A stretch of DNA of 46,992 bases from Zeimonas sp. GTDB taxonomy: Bacteria; Pseudomonadota; Gammaproteobacteria; Burkholderiales; Burkholderiaceae_E. Made by a program: the position numbers and the translations under genes. The notes beneath the pieces were generated by a model. That model was not told the origin of the DNA. It was given only the letters and a program-made list of their open reading frames with translations, and searched no databases. Positions 27,528 through 35,875 of this stretch are shown here, piece by piece; within the stretch, counting starts at the first letter, position 1, and each line of letters begins with the position of its first letter. The DNA lies in the NCBI GenBank assembly GCA_036406255.1, contig DASWVL010000332.1:1-46992 (forward strand), read 5' to 3'.

Positions 27528-27911
27528 CTAGCGCGCCGGAAGCGGCGGGCGGTTCTTGCGATACGAGTTCTTCAGCGCGATCTTGCCGCCGCGGAAAGTG
27601 AACACGTCGCAACCGTGGACCTCCACCCGGGTGCCGTCCGCCCGCGTTCCGGTGAAGGTCCACTCGGACACCCCGCGCTCGCCGCAGACGAAGTGGCGCG
27701 GGGAATGCCATTGCGCGTCGGGGTAGGTCGCCCAGACGTCGCGGAAGCCCGCCTCGACGTCCCGCCTCCCCACGTGCCGCGTCCCGGCGACGTCGGGCCC
27801 GGCGGAGGCTTCGAACACGCAGTCGTCGGCCATGAAGCGCATCAGCGCTTCGACATCGTGCCGGTTCCAGGCGTCGGCGAACGCCTGCAGATCTTCGACG
27901 GTGACGCTCAT
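27528..27911 (-). CDS. SnoaL/NTF2-like protein resembling TauX (taurine dehydrogenase small subunit)
   Basis: AWNRHD...MADDCVF...GPD..G.R..G...YPDAQW...HFV.G.RGVSE.TF.GT..DG.RVE...DVFTFR.GKI..KN..RKNRP. Confidence 0.8.
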   Translation of the reverse strand: MSVTVEDLQAFADAWNRHDVEALMRFMADDCVFEASAGPDVAGTRHVGRRDVEAGFRDVWATYPDAQWHSPRHFVCGERGVSEWTFTGTRADGTRVEVHGCDVFTFRGGKIALKNSYRKNRPPLPAR

Positions 27912-27922
27912 GGCTCTCGTCT

Positions 27923-27942
27923 CCCCGTGAGGAATCACGGGG
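27923..27942 (-). promoter_or_regulatory. Perfect 8-bp inverted repeat in the leader of the TauX-like gene
   Basis: CCCCGTGA-GGAA-TCACGGGG. On the minus strand it lies between a GATAAT -10-like hexamer (27945-27950) and the GGGGAG SD. Confidence 0.5.
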
Positions 27943-27975
27943 CGATTATCCCGCCGCGTGGCGGTTGGCGGCGAT

Positions 27976-28770
27976 TCAGCCGTGCTCGTCGGACGAGTAG
28001 CTTGCGCCCATGCCCGAGCGGGCGTCGATCTGGATCCCGTACGGCGGAATCGGGTAACGCAATCCGTTGGCGGAGAGCGCGCGCAAACCGTCGATCGCCG
28101 CTTGCAGGAAGCGCGGCGGCAGGGCCATGAGCATCTCGTCGTCCGGGACGCCGCCGTACCGCCGTTCCGCATAGCAGGGCAGCGACAGGCTCGGTTCGCC
28201 GGTGGCCAGCGCGCGTCCCCAGGAGTCGGCGCACGCGCTCTCACCGACGACGCTCCAGTCGAAACGACGATAGCCGCGCCACTGCAGCCCGTTGATCAGG
28301 ATGATCATCTGCCCGGGGGTCGCATAGATCAGGCAGATGTCGGGCGGATCGAGACGTCCCGACGCGAGCGGCGCCACCGCCATCGCCTGGTACTTCCCGT
28401 GCGGCACCGTCGCGAGTGCCTTCTGGCGCTCGGCCGCATCTTCCTGCGTGGCGTGCCAGACGCCGGCGTATCGCTTGCCGCTGAGCCATTCCGCGCTTCT
28501 CGGCGCCAGGCCGATGATCGCGCGGCACTGGTCGCCGACGAGGTCGTCCGCCGTGATGCCTACGGTCCAGTTCAGCCGCGCGGCCATGCCGACGATCTGA
28601 TCGGTCGTGTGAATCGCGCCGGGGCGCCGGATCTTCGGTATCGCCTGCATGTCCTCGACGCGCTCGAACAGCTTCATGCCGATGATCGTCGTCTTCAGGC
28701 GCAGCAGCGACATCAGCGCCTCGACCTGTTCGTTCCAGGCCTGGCCGGACTTTCCGGAGCTTGTATCCAA
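27976..28770 (-). CDS. DUF169 family protein
   Basis: LRLKT.IIGMK, AVAPL....D.PDI.LIYATPGQM, GESAC, SLPCYAERRYG...DEM..ALP. The TTG start at 28770 after AAGGA is tentative (alternative 28824). Confidence 0.8.
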   Translation of the reverse strand: MDTSSGKSGQAWNEQVEALMSLLRLKTTIIGMKLFERVEDMQAIPKIRRPGAIHTTDQIVGMAARLNWTVGITADDLVGDQCRAIIGLAPRSAEWLSGKRYAGVWHATQEDAAERQKALATVPHGKYQAMAVAPLASGRLDPPDICLIYATPGQMIILINGLQWRGYRRFDWSVVGESACADSWGRALATGEPSLSLPCYAERRYGGVPDDEMLMALPPRFLQAAIDGLRALSANGLRYPIPPYGIQIDARSGMGASYSSDEHG

Positions 28771-28927
28771 ACGAGTACCCGTCCTTCGTTCGTTCTTGCG
28801 CGTCGATCGTTGCCTCGCCGCCATTCGTCCCGCGCAGGCGAGCGAGCATCGGTGGCCGACTATACGTCAAGCCATCAAGGCTGCGCTTCGCGGAAGGTAT
28901 CGTTCCGACATCCGGACAAGGGCTCGA

Positions 28928-29854
28928 ATGGAACTCCGCCAGCTGCGCTACTTCGTGCGCATCGTCGAACTCGGCAGCTTCAGCCAGGCCGCCGCGGCTC
29001 TGGACGTCGTCCCGTCGGCATTGAGTCAGCAGATCTCGCGCCTCGAGAGCGAACTGTCGACGCGCCTGCTGCAGCGAAGCAGCGCCGGGGTGCGGCCGAC
29101 CGAGGCGGGCCTCGCTTTCCTGCACCAGGCGCGACTGGCGCTGCGCCATGTCGATGCCGCTGCGAGTGCCGCTCGAAGCGCGCGTCTGTCGGGGCAGGTC
29201 AGCGTCGGAATGTCGCCGACGATCGCCGGCGTGCTCGGCCTGCCGTTGCTCCTCGCCATGCGCGAACGTCATCCCAGCGTGCGCGTGCATTTCGTCGAGA
29301 CGCTGTCGGGTCACCTCGCCGACATGCTGACTGCCCGCACGCTGGACCTCGCCATCGTGTTTCGTTCCGACCTGGCGCGGCGCTTCAGCATCGTGCCGCT
29401 GCTCGAAGAGCGCCTGTTCGTGATCGGCCGGCAATCCCTGCCGGGCATGCCGTCCGGCCGCAGCGTGCGGCTTTCCGCGCTCGGGTCGCTTCCGCTCGTG
29501 CTGCCGAGCGCGCCCCACGACCTTCGTTCGATGCTGGACCAGGCGTTTGCGCGCGCCCGAGTGGCGCCGAACGTCGTCGCGGAAATCGACGGCCTCGCGA
29601 TCCTGATGGATTTCGTTCTCGGCGGAATCGCGGCCTCGATCCAGCCCGGCGCGGCGATCGCGCGGCTCGGGCCGGGCATGCTCGCCGCGGTGCCGATCTC
29701 CGACACCCCTGCGAGGCGGCCGGTCCTGCTGGCAAGCCTGAGCGACGACGAACTCTCGCCCGCGGGCCTCGCGACCCGGGTCGTGACGGCCGAGGTCGCG
29801 CGCGACCTGGTCCGTGCGCAGAAGTGGGTCGGAGCCGCTCTTCACGAATCGTGA
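28928..29854 (+). CDS. tcuR: LysR-family regulator of tricarballylate utilisation
   Basis: MELRQLRYF HTH, SALSQQISRLESELSTRLLQR, E.LSGHL..ML, SLSDDELSPAGLA.RVV; directly upstream of tcuAB. Confidence 0.88.
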   Translation: MELRQLRYFVRIVELGSFSQAAAALDVVPSALSQQISRLESELSTRLLQRSSAGVRPTEAGLAFLHQARLALRHVDAAASAARSARLSGQVSVGMSPTIAGVLGLPLLLAMRERHPSVRVHFVETLSGHLADMLTARTLDLAIVFRSDLARRFSIVPLLEERLFVIGRQSLPGMPSGRSVRLSALGSLPLVLPSAPHDLRSMLDQAFARARVAPNVVAEIDGLAILMDFVLGGIAASIQPGAAIARLGPGMLAAVPISDTPARRPVLLASLSDDELSPAGLATRVVTAEVARDLVRAQKWVGAALHES

Positions 29855-29855
29855 A
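29841..29855. promoter_or_regulatory. Putative LysR (TcuR) recognition site upstream of tcuA
   Basis: Perfect 7-1-7 palindrome TTCACGA-A-TCGTGAA containing T-N11-A. Centred about 65 nt upstream of the start predicted from a CATACT -10 at 29901-29906. Confidence 0.65.
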
Positions 29856-29938
29856 AGCTCGTTGAGCGCAGCCGCCTTCCGGTGGGCGGTTGCGCCGGCC
29901 CATACTCTGGGTGATTCCCGATTTCGAGAGCCGGTGCC

Positions 29939-31369
29939 CTGGAAACGAACGTCGACGTATTGGTGATCGGAGGCGGCAACGCCGCACTCTGTGCCGCATT
30001 GACGGCACGCGAGGCCGGAGCGAGCGTCCTGCTGCTCGAGGCCGCTCCGCGCGCGTGGCGGGGCGGCAATTCGGCACACGTGCGCAACATCCGCTGCATG
30101 CACGACGCCCCGCAGGACGTGCTGGTCGGCGCCTATCCCGAAGAGGAGTTCTGGCAGGACCTGCTCACGGTCACCGGCGGGCTCACCGACGAGAAACTGG
30201 CGCGTATCGTGATTCGTGCATCGGCCACCTGCCGGCCCTGGCAGATGAGACACGGTGCACGATTCCAGCCGTCCCTGACGGGCGCGCTGCACACTGCCCG
30301 CACCAACGCGTTCTTCCTCGGCGGGGGCAAGGCGATGCTCAATGCGTACTACCGCAGTGCGCAGCGTCTGGGCGTGAAGGTGCGCTACGAGGCGCCGGTC
30401 GAGCGCCTCGAGGTGATCGACGGACGATTCCGGGCGGCGTGGGTGCGCGACGAGCGCATCACGGCGCGCGCCTGCGTGCTCGCGGCGGGCGGCTTCGAAT
30501 CGAACCGGGAATGGCTGCGGCAGGCGTGGGGCCGCAACCAGTGGGGCGAATACCCGGCGGACAACTTCCTGATCCGCGGCACTCGCTTCAACACCGGTGC
30601 GTTGCTCGCGTTCCTGCTCGACATCGGGGCCGATCGCACGGGGGATCCGTCGCAATCGCACATGGTGGCGATCGATGCGCGCGCGCCGTTGTACGACGGC
30701 GGCATCTGTACCCGGATCGACTGCGTTTCGCTCGGTATCGTCGTCAACGCGCAGGCCGAGCGGTTCTACGACGAAGGCGAGGACTTCTGGCCCAAGCGCT
30801 ACGCGATCTGGGGCCGCCTGGTCGCACAGCAGCGCGGGCAGGTCGCCCATTCGATCATCGACGCGAAGTCGGTCGGCCGGTTCATGCCGCCGGTGTTCCC
30901 CGGCGTCACGGCCGGCACGCTCCCCGAACTCGCGCGCGGGTTGGGCGTGGACGAGGCACGGCTGGTCGCCACCGTCGAGCGGTTCAACGCCGCGTGTCGC
31001 GCAGGGACCTTCGACCACACCGTTCTGGACGACTGCCGCACGGACGGACTCACGCCCGCGAAATCGCACTGGGCGCGGCCGATCGACACGCCCCCGTTCT
31101 TCGGCTACACGGTCCGCCCCGGTGTGACGTTCACGTACCTGGGGTTGAAGACGGACGAGGACTCCGCAGTGCGCTTCGGTGGCGTTCCGAGCGAGAACCT
31201 GTTCGTCGCAGGGGAGATGATGGCCGGCAACGTGCTCGGAAAGGGGTACACGGCGGGCGTGGGAATGAGCATCGGCACTGCATTCGGGCGCATCGCCGGC
31301 GCACGGGCTGCCGCTGCCGCGACGGCGCAGAGGACGGAAAAGGAGGACACCGATGCCGTCGTCGCTTGA
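29939..31369 (+). CDS. tcuA: FAD-dependent tricarballylate dehydrogenase TcuA
   Basis: VDVLVIGGGNAALCAAL, RGGNS.H.RN.RCMH, RTNAFF.GGGKA, DGGICTRIDC, FYDEGEDFWPKRYAIWG, GEMMAGNVLGKGY. Start assigned to CTG 29939 (see findings). Confidence 0.93.
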   Translation: METNVDVLVIGGGNAALCAALTAREAGASVLLLEAAPRAWRGGNSAHVRNIRCMHDAPQDVLVGAYPEEEFWQDLLTVTGGLTDEKLARIVIRASATCRPWQMRHGARFQPSLTGALHTARTNAFFLGGGKAMLNAYYRSAQRLGVKVRYEAPVERLEVIDGRFRAAWVRDERITARACVLAAGGFESNREWLRQAWGRNQWGEYPADNFLIRGTRFNTGALLAFLLDIGADRTGDPSQSHMVAIDARAPLYDGGICTRIDCVSLGIVVNAQAERFYDEGEDFWPKRYAIWGRLVAQQRGQVAHSIIDAKSVGRFMPPVFPGVTAGTLPELARGLGVDEARLVATVERFNAACRAGTFDHTVLDDCRTDGLTPAKSHWARPIDTPPFFGYTVRPGVTFTYLGLKTDEDSAVRFGGVPSENLFVAGEMMAGNVLGKGYTAGVGMSIGTAFGRIAGARAAAAATAQRTEKEDTDAVVA

Positions 31370-32468
31370 CGCGCTCGTGGAGCAAGCGGAGGTGACGCGG
31401 GTGCTGAACATCTGCAACGCCTGCCGCTACTGCGAGGGCTACTGCGCCGTGTTCCCGGCGATGTTTCGCAGACTCCAGTTCGACGCGAACGATGTGGATT
31501 ACCTCGCCAACCTGTGCCATCAGTGCGGTGCCTGCCTGCATGCATGCCAGTACGCGCCGCCGCACGAATTCGCCGTGAACATCCCGCGCATCCTGGCTCG
31601 CGCCCGCGTGCAGACTTGGTCCGATCACGCGTGGCCGCAAGTACTTGCGAGGCTGTACCGGCGCAACGGGCTCGTGCTGTCGCTGGCACTCGCCGCGATG
31701 CTCGCATCGTTCCTCGCCCTGGTGATGGGCTCGACGGGCTCGCTCTGGGCGGTTCCCGACGGCGGGTTCTACGCCCTGGTGTCGCACGAGGTCATGGTCG
31801 GCCTGTTCGCTCCCGTGTTCCTGTGGGCGATCGTCGCGTTGACGATCGGCGTGATCCGATTCTGGCGAAGCAACCCGCCGGGGCCGTTGTCGGCGGCCGC
31901 GATGCGGGAGGCCACCACGGACGTGCTCAGCCTGAAGTACCTCGGCGGCGGTCACGGCGACGGCTGCAACAACCGGGACGATGCCTTCGGTCTCGCACGG
32001 CGCCGCTTCCATCACGCGACCTTCTACGGCTTCCTGCTGTGCTTCGGAGCCACGTCGGTCGCGACCCTCTACCACTACGTCGGCGGCCTGCCGGCGCCGT
32101 ACGGCTTCACCAGCGTGCCGAAGATCCTGGGCATGAGCGGCGGCACGCTGCTCGTCGTCGGCACGGTCGGCCTGTTCTGGCTGAATCTCACGCGCCACCC
32201 GCTGCAGGGCGCGCCCGAGCGAAAGCCGATGGACCTCGGCTTCATTGCATTGCTCTGGCTCACCGCGGCGAGCGGCCTTGCGCTCGCCGTAGTCGGGCGG
32301 CTCACGGCACTTCCCCTGCTGCTCGCGCTGCACCTGGGGGCGGTCATGGCGCTGTTCGCCACGATGCCGTACAGCAAGTTCGCACACGGCATCTATCGGA
32401 GCGCGGCCCTGCTGCGCTGGGCGGTGGAGAAGCGCCGGCCGAGCGAGGTCAGGCTGGCCGGCGACTGA
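31353..32468 (+). CDS. tcuB: Tricarballylate utilisation 4Fe-4S membrane protein TcuB
   Basis: ICNACRYCEGYCAVFPAM, ANLCHQCGACLHACQYAPPHEF, GGHGDGC, RRRFHH.TFYGF, PYSKFAH. Confidence 0.95.
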   Translation: MPSSLDALVEQAEVTRVLNICNACRYCEGYCAVFPAMFRRLQFDANDVDYLANLCHQCGACLHACQYAPPHEFAVNIPRILARARVQTWSDHAWPQVLARLYRRNGLVLSLALAAMLASFLALVMGSTGSLWAVPDGGFYALVSHEVMVGLFAPVFLWAIVALTIGVIRFWRSNPPGPLSAAAMREATTDVLSLKYLGGGHGDGCNNRDDAFGLARRRFHHATFYGFLLCFGATSVATLYHYVGGLPAPYGFTSVPKILGMSGGTLLVVGTVGLFWLNLTRHPLQGAPERKPMDLGFIALLWLTAASGLALAVVGRLTALPLLLALHLGAVMALFATMPYSKFAHGIYRSAALLRWAVEKRRPSEVRLAGD

Positions 32469-32498
32469 GCGCGGCGGAAGGGGCGTCCGAAACGACAC

Positions 32499-33248
32499 TC
32501 ACGGTTCGGCCGGTGTCCTTTCCCGGCTCGCGGGTGCCTTCCCACCGAGGTACAGCTCGGCGACGTAGGGGTTCTGCAGCAATTCGGAGCTCGGCCCTTC
32601 CAGCGCGAGCCGGCCCGTCTCGAACACGTAGCCGTATTGCGACAGGCGCAGCGCGAGCCGCGCGTTCTGTTCGACCAGGACGATCGTCAGGCCCTCGCGG
32701 TTGATCGCGGTGATGATGGTGGCGAGCTGCGAGACGATCAGCGGGGCGAGGCCGAGAGAGGGCTCGTCCAGCAGCAGCAGGCGAGGCCGCGACATGAGCG
32801 CGCGGCCGATGGCCACCATCTGCTGCTCGCCGCCCGACAGGCTGCCAGCGAGCTGCTGCACCTTCGACTTCAGGCGCGGGAAGTAGCCGAACACCTTGTC
32901 GATGTCGCTGCGGAAGCTCGCGTCGCGCCGCCGCAGGTAGCCGCCGACACACAGGTTCTCGTAGACCGTCAGATCGGGAAAGAGTCGCCGGCCCTCCGGG
33001 GACAGCGCGATGCCGCGCGCCGCGGCCTGGCAGGCGTCGAGGTTGGTGACGTCCTGTCCGTCGAGGATGACCTTGCCCGAGCGGGCAGGGACGAGCCCTA
33101 CCAGGCACTTGAGAAAAGAGGATTTCCCTGCACCGTTGGCCCCGAGGATGCAGGCGACGGTGCCGGCATCCACGGATACGTCCATGTTCTCGAGCGCCAC
33201 CGCGCTGCCGTAGGCCACCGTCAGGCCGTGCGTCGTCAGGCTACTCAT
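32499..33248 (-). CDS. Liv-type ABC transporter ATP-binding protein (LivF-like)
   Basis: GANGAGKS, PEGRRLF, LSGGEQQMVAIGRALM, LLLLDEPSLGLAP. Confidence 0.95.
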   Translation of the reverse strand: MSSLTTHGLTVAYGSAVALENMDVSVDAGTVACILGANGAGKSSFLKCLVGLVPARSGKVILDGQDVTNLDACQAAARGIALSPEGRRLFPDLTVYENLCVGGYLRRRDASFRSDIDKVFGYFPRLKSKVQQLAGSLSGGEQQMVAIGRALMSRPRLLLLDEPSLGLAPLIVSQLATIITAINREGLTIVLVEQNARLALRLSQYGYVFETGRLALEGPSSELLQNPYVAELYLGGKAPASRERTPAEP

Positions 33249-34011
33249 GGTCCACACCGAGGTACGCGTCGATCACTTCGGGATGCCGCACGATCTTCTC
33301 CGGCACGTCGATGGCAATCACCTTTCCGTAGTTCAACGCCAGGATGCGGTCACACAGGCTGGTCACCATCTTGATGTCGTGCTCGACCAGGACGACATCG
33401 ATGTTGCGCTGGTCGCGGATCTGGGCGACCAGCTGTCCCATCGCCGCGGTTTCCGTCGGGTTCAGCCCGGCGGCCGGTTCATCCATCAGCAGTTGCGTGG
33501 GGCGCTGCGCGAGCGCGATCACCACGCCGAGGATCTTCTGCTTGCCGTAGGGCAGGGTGCCGGCAACGGTGTGCGCGTCGTCCGACAGGCCGGAGAACTC
33601 GAGCAGTTCCGCCGCCGTTTCGTCCGCCCGGCGCTTTCCGCCGGCTACGACGCCGGGCCGAAAGAACCAGCTCGGCCTGCCGATGCAGCCGAACATGCTG
33701 CTGCGGCGAATGTTCTCGTATACGGTCTCGTTCCGGAAGACCGTGGCCGACTGGAACGTGCGCACCAGGCCGCGGCGCGCGATGGTGTCGGTGGGCAACC
33801 CGGTGATCGCCGCGCCGCGAAAGCTCACCCGGCCCCCGGAAGCCGGCAGCACCCCGGTGATCACGTTGAAGAGGGTCGTCTTTCCCGACCCGTTCGGCCC
33901 GATGATGCCGAGGATCTCTCCGCGTCTCGTGCTGAAGGACAGATCGTTGATGGCGTGCACGCCGCCGAAGGCCTTCGTCAGGCCCGCGACCTCGAGAACC
34001 ACATCGTTCAA
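33241..34011 (-). CDS. Liv-type ABC transporter ATP-binding protein (LivG-like)
   Basis: TTG 34011 overlaps the livM stop. FGGVHAI, GPNGSGKTT, RTFQ, LPYG, DEPAAG, VEHD, VIDAYLG. Confidence 0.94.
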   Translation of the reverse strand: MNDVVLEVAGLTKAFGGVHAINDLSFSTRRGEILGIIGPNGSGKTTLFNVITGVLPASGGRVSFRGAAITGLPTDTIARRGLVRTFQSATVFRNETVYENIRRSSMFGCIGRPSWFFRPGVVAGGKRRADETAAELLEFSGLSDDAHTVAGTLPYGKQKILGVVIALAQRPTQLLMDEPAAGLNPTETAAMGQLVAQIRDQRNIDVVLVEHDIKMVTSLCDRILALNYGKVIAIDVPEKIVRHPEVIDAYLGVDHE

Positions 34012-34952
34012 CGCGAGATCTCCCTTCTCGTCCGGTGCCACTTGAGCTTGTTGATCAACCCGTGCACCCCGTCGGGCATGAACAACAGGAACAGGATCAA
34101 CACGATGCCGTAGAGCAGCATCTGGTACTGCTTCGCGTCGCGCAGCAGTTCCGGCAGCGGCACCAGCAACAGCGCTCCCAGTACGGAGCCGATCGGGTGC
34201 GCGATGCCGCCGATCACGTTCATCATCACCAGGTTCACCGGTACCCAGAAGCCGTAGTCCTCCGGCGTCACCAGCGTGAGGTAGTGCCCGTAGAGCGCGC
34301 CGGCGAGCCCTGCCAGGAACGCACTGAAACAGAACGTCAGAAGCCGGTAGCGGCGCGAATCGATGCCCAGGGAGCGCGTGAGCGCTTCGTTCTCGTCCAG
34401 CGACGTGATCACCGCGCCGAGTTCCGTGCGGTAGATCGCCCGCACCGATGCGTAGGCGAATGCGACCAGCGCGAGCGACAGCAGGTAGAAGCCGATGCGG
34501 CTTTCGATCGTGTAGCCGAACAGGCTGGGGGACGGCACCCCGGGCAGGCCGCCGCTGCCGCCGAAGAGGCTCACCCATTCCACGAAGGTCAGGACGATGA
34601 TCTCGCCGAACGCGAAGGTGAGCAGGACGAAGTACACGCCGCGGATGCGCAGGAAGACCAGTCCGACCAGCCCGGCCAGCAGCGTGACGCCGAGCGCCGC
34701 GGAGAAGAAGGAGATCGCGAACGGCAGGTCGAGGCGCATCATCAACAGCGCCGAGCCATAGGCACCCAGGCCCATGAACGCGCCGTGCGCGAAGGAGATC
34801 TGCCCGATGCGCAGCATCAGGTTCATGCTCAGCGCGAGCGTCGTGTAGATGCCGATCATCACGCCGATGTGCGTGAGGAAGGGAGACAGCACGACGAAGG
34901 GCGCGGCGGCGAGCAGCGCCAGCAGCAGGAGGTACCTCGAGAGGAAGTTCAT
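34008..34952 (-). CDS. Liv-type ABC permease (LivM-like)
   Basis: GQISFAHGAFMGLGAY, RIRGVYF.LLT.AF.E, GG..G, AGLAGALY. Confidence 0.93.
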   Translation of the reverse strand: MNFLSRYLLLLALLAAAPFVVLSPFLTHIGVMIGIYTTLALSMNLMLRIGQISFAHGAFMGLGAYGSALLMMRLDLPFAISFFSAALGVTLLAGLVGLVFLRIRGVYFVLLTFAFGEIIVLTFVEWVSLFGGSGGLPGVPSPSLFGYTIESRIGFYLLSLALVAFAYASVRAIYRTELGAVITSLDENEALTRSLGIDSRRYRLLTFCFSAFLAGLAGALYGHYLTLVTPEDYGFWVPVNLVMMNVIGGIAHPIGSVLGALLLVPLPELLRDAKQYQMLLYGIVLILFLLFMPDGVHGLINKLKWHRTRREISR

Positions 34953-34954
34953 CG

Positions 34955-35806
34955 TCAGCGTCCCAGCAACCCGGTCGGCTTGAACAGCAGGATCAGCACG
35001 ACGATCGCGAAGGAGACCATCGTGGCGACGGTCGTGTTGACGAGGGTGGCGAACACCGATTCCAGCAGACCGAGGACGACGCCGCCGAGCACGGCACCGG
35101 GCACGCTGCCGAGGCCGCCGAGGATCACGACGATGAACGCCTTCAGCATGGGCTGCGCGCCCATGTAGGGGTGGATCGTGTAGATCGGCGCCATCAGCGC
35201 GCCGGCGAAGCCGGCAAGCATCGCTCCGATGCCGAAGGCGAGCGGATGGATGATCTTCGGGCGCACGCCGTGGATCGAGGCGATTTCCTCGTCCTGCACG
35301 ACGGCGCGCATCGCGAGCCCGGTCTTCGTGTAGCGCATGAACGCGTAGAACGCGAAGAGCACCACCAGCGCGCTTGCGCCGACGGCGACGCGATCGCGCG
35401 GAACGACCAGGGCACCGAGGTCGAACACGCCGGAGATCGGTCGCGGCACCGACAGATCGTTCGCGCCGAACAGGATGAACGCTGCCGCCTGCAACGTGAT
35501 CGAGACGGCCAGCGCGAGGATCATCCCCTGCAGTTCGCGGCCGACGAAGTGACGGAACAGCACGCGCTCGAGCGTTGCGCCGAACAGGCCCAGCGCGAGC
35601 GCGGACAGCAAGACCACCAGATAGTAGTTCCAGCCCAGCGAGCCGACGAGCGCGTACACGATAAACGCCGCCACCATGTACAGCTCGCCGTGCGCGAAGT
35701 TGACCACGCGCATGATGCCGAAGATGAGCGTGAAGCCCAGCGCCATCAGGATGTAGACGAGCGACGACATGAGGCCGTTCACCACGATCTGCAGTGCGAG
35801 TTGCAA
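34955..35806 (-). CDS. Liv-type ABC permease (LivH-like)
   Basis: NGL....Y.L.ALGFTLIFG...VVNFAHGE, GLAMRAV, AFIVVILGGLGS, KPTGLLG. Confidence 0.93.
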   Translation of the reverse strand: MQLALQIVVNGLMSSLVYILMALGFTLIFGIMRVVNFAHGELYMVAAFIVYALVGSLGWNYYLVVLLSALALGLFGATLERVLFRHFVGRELQGMILALAVSITLQAAAFILFGANDLSVPRPISGVFDLGALVVPRDRVAVGASALVVLFAFYAFMRYTKTGLAMRAVVQDEEIASIHGVRPKIIHPLAFGIGAMLAGFAGALMAPIYTIHPYMGAQPMLKAFIVVILGGLGSVPGAVLGGVVLGLLESVFATLVNTTVATMVSFAIVVLILLFKPTGLLGR

Positions 35807-35833
35807 GGTGCTTGCCTCGTCAGCGAAAGGGAA

Positions 35834-35858
35834 CGCCGCGGCCGGACCGGCCGCGGCG
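35834..35858 (-). terminator. Strong stem-loop between the SBP and permease genes (mRNA stabiliser or attenuator)
   Basis: Perfect inverted repeat CGCCGCGGCCGG-A-CCGGCCGCGGCG just after the SBP stop. No long U-tract, so a stabiliser is more likely than a full terminator. Confidence 0.55.
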
Positions 35859-35875
35859 GAGGGCCGGTTCCTGCG

